A DNA stretch of 64,000 nucleotides, from NCBI RefSeq assembly GCF_009834535.1, contig NC_045697.1, positions 57,352,001 through 57,416,000 of the forward strand. Reading direction: 5' to 3'. Below are positions 62,880 through 64,000 of this stretch, in pieces. The first letter of the stretch is position 1; each line of letters opens with the position of its first letter. The DNA is from Camelus ferus (Eukaryota). Both the position numbers and the translations under genes were made by a program. The notes beneath the pieces were generated by a model. The model ran no database searches, was not told the DNA's origin, and saw only the letters and a list, made by a program, of their open reading frames with translations.

Positions 62880-63340
62880 ATCCCCAAATGATTTCAATGC
62901 CTTCTCTCTTTTCCTGCCCACTCAATTTCATTCTTCTCTCTTCCAGCAGGTTGATCTAATTCTAAAATTTAACAAATTATTTAACTTTCTATGCATTCAA
63001 TGATATCTATTACCTAAAGAATAAACCTCACTGTCTAAGCATGGTTTATGTGATATATCTACTAACTGGCCTTTGCCTATGTTCTCATTCTCCACTTAAG
63101 GCAATTGAAGGCTCACATTTTATCATCCAGTGTGTGAACTTTGCAATTCCTCACACACCGCTTGCTTTTCCCCTGAATTATTACTAGAGACCCAAGTCAG
63201 AGATGATCTACTATATATAGCTTTTCCTTATTCATGTTGATTTGTTTATGCAAAGTGACAGAATGCAATATGTAATTGTATTTTTGGGGCGTTAGATTAT
63301 CAAATTTTTAGGACCAAGTCATGTGCTAATTAAAATTCTA
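62880..63340 (+). mobile_element. LINE-2 3' fragment
   Basis: CATTCAATGATATCTATTACCTAAAGAATAAACC...AGCATGG...TAACTGGCCTTTGCCTA; tail TTAGATTATCAAATTTTTAGGACC. Confidence 0.5.
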
Positions 63341-64000
63341 ATAGAATATAATATGAAAGTCTACTTCATTTACTATATTGTGCTATTTCAGATATCAATA
63401 TATTTGATATAAAAATTGAAAGAAAAAAGGGTATCTTATTATATGAGACAAAGGAAATGATGGTCAAGTTGTTTGAGCCAATTTTTATGTACCTGTGTAC
63501 AACATTGTCACTGCATATGCTAGAACACATTTTGCTCTCTTTATTCCCCATTGACCTGCAACAACATGGATCATAAAACACGATTTTTAACTCATTTATC
63601 ACTGATGCTAGCAAAAGACCTAGATCATAGCTAGTATACAAGTTTGTTAAGCTCCTCAAAATGTGGTATGTTTCAAATAAGATATTGTTTTCAGAAATTC
63701 TTTGGGTAAAATAAATTAAGATCTTGATTGGAGCAAGATATTTTTGAGACATGAATATAATAATTATATAAAGCATCTGTTCCACAGATTAAAGTGACAG
63801 AATAATAATAAAAATAATTTTAACCATTTGACATGCCTATGAGTTCCTGAAGTTTATACCAAACTATCTGTATGATCTCGATTTATGAAAATTATAGTTT
63901 TGCATTCATGTGAAAAACCATTCTACTTTTAAATATTTTATTTTATTTTATTACTGTTTTTTGCTGGCTAAGACATGCTGGAAGGAATTGCATTTTTGCA

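Noticed and set aside
63366..63785. 139-aa minus-strand ORF as a single-exon gene
   Set aside because: GTG start, I/L/F/N/K-biased composition typical of AT-rich noncoding DNA, no recognisable homology.

Overview
AT-rich, CpG-depleted mammalian genomic DNA, either intergenic or deep intronic. It contains no intact protein-coding gene, RNA gene, CRISPR array or prokaryotic operon that I can support. A large part of the window is fossil transposable elements: L2, MIR, old L1M, MaLR MLT1 LTRs, ERV1 and ERV-L proviral remnants, and DNA-transposon relics. The young L1 3' end resembles camelid L1 as I recall it, and I saw no Alu, B1/B2, BovB/Bov-tA, PRE1 or CHR SINE, so the host may be a camelid (inference). 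The most striking element is a young, TSD-flanked 2.9-kb L1 derivative at 10781-13673. It keeps the 5' UTR promoter, a full-length (now disabled) ORF1, the 3' UTR and the poly(A) tail, but jumps from the inter-ORF spacer straight into the last ~120 codons of ORF2. That is a 'half-L1' (ORF1-only) architecture. Other points: a MER41-like solo LTR with both STAT-site positions decayed, a gag-less ERV1 fossil with a nested LTR, an RT-deleted ERV-L/MER21-type element, a 136-bp ungapped inverted duplication in an old L1, and a well-formed candidate exon with a Kozak ATG at 57840-57918. Repeat family names come from recalled consensus sequences, not a database search, and boundaries of old repeats are approximate.
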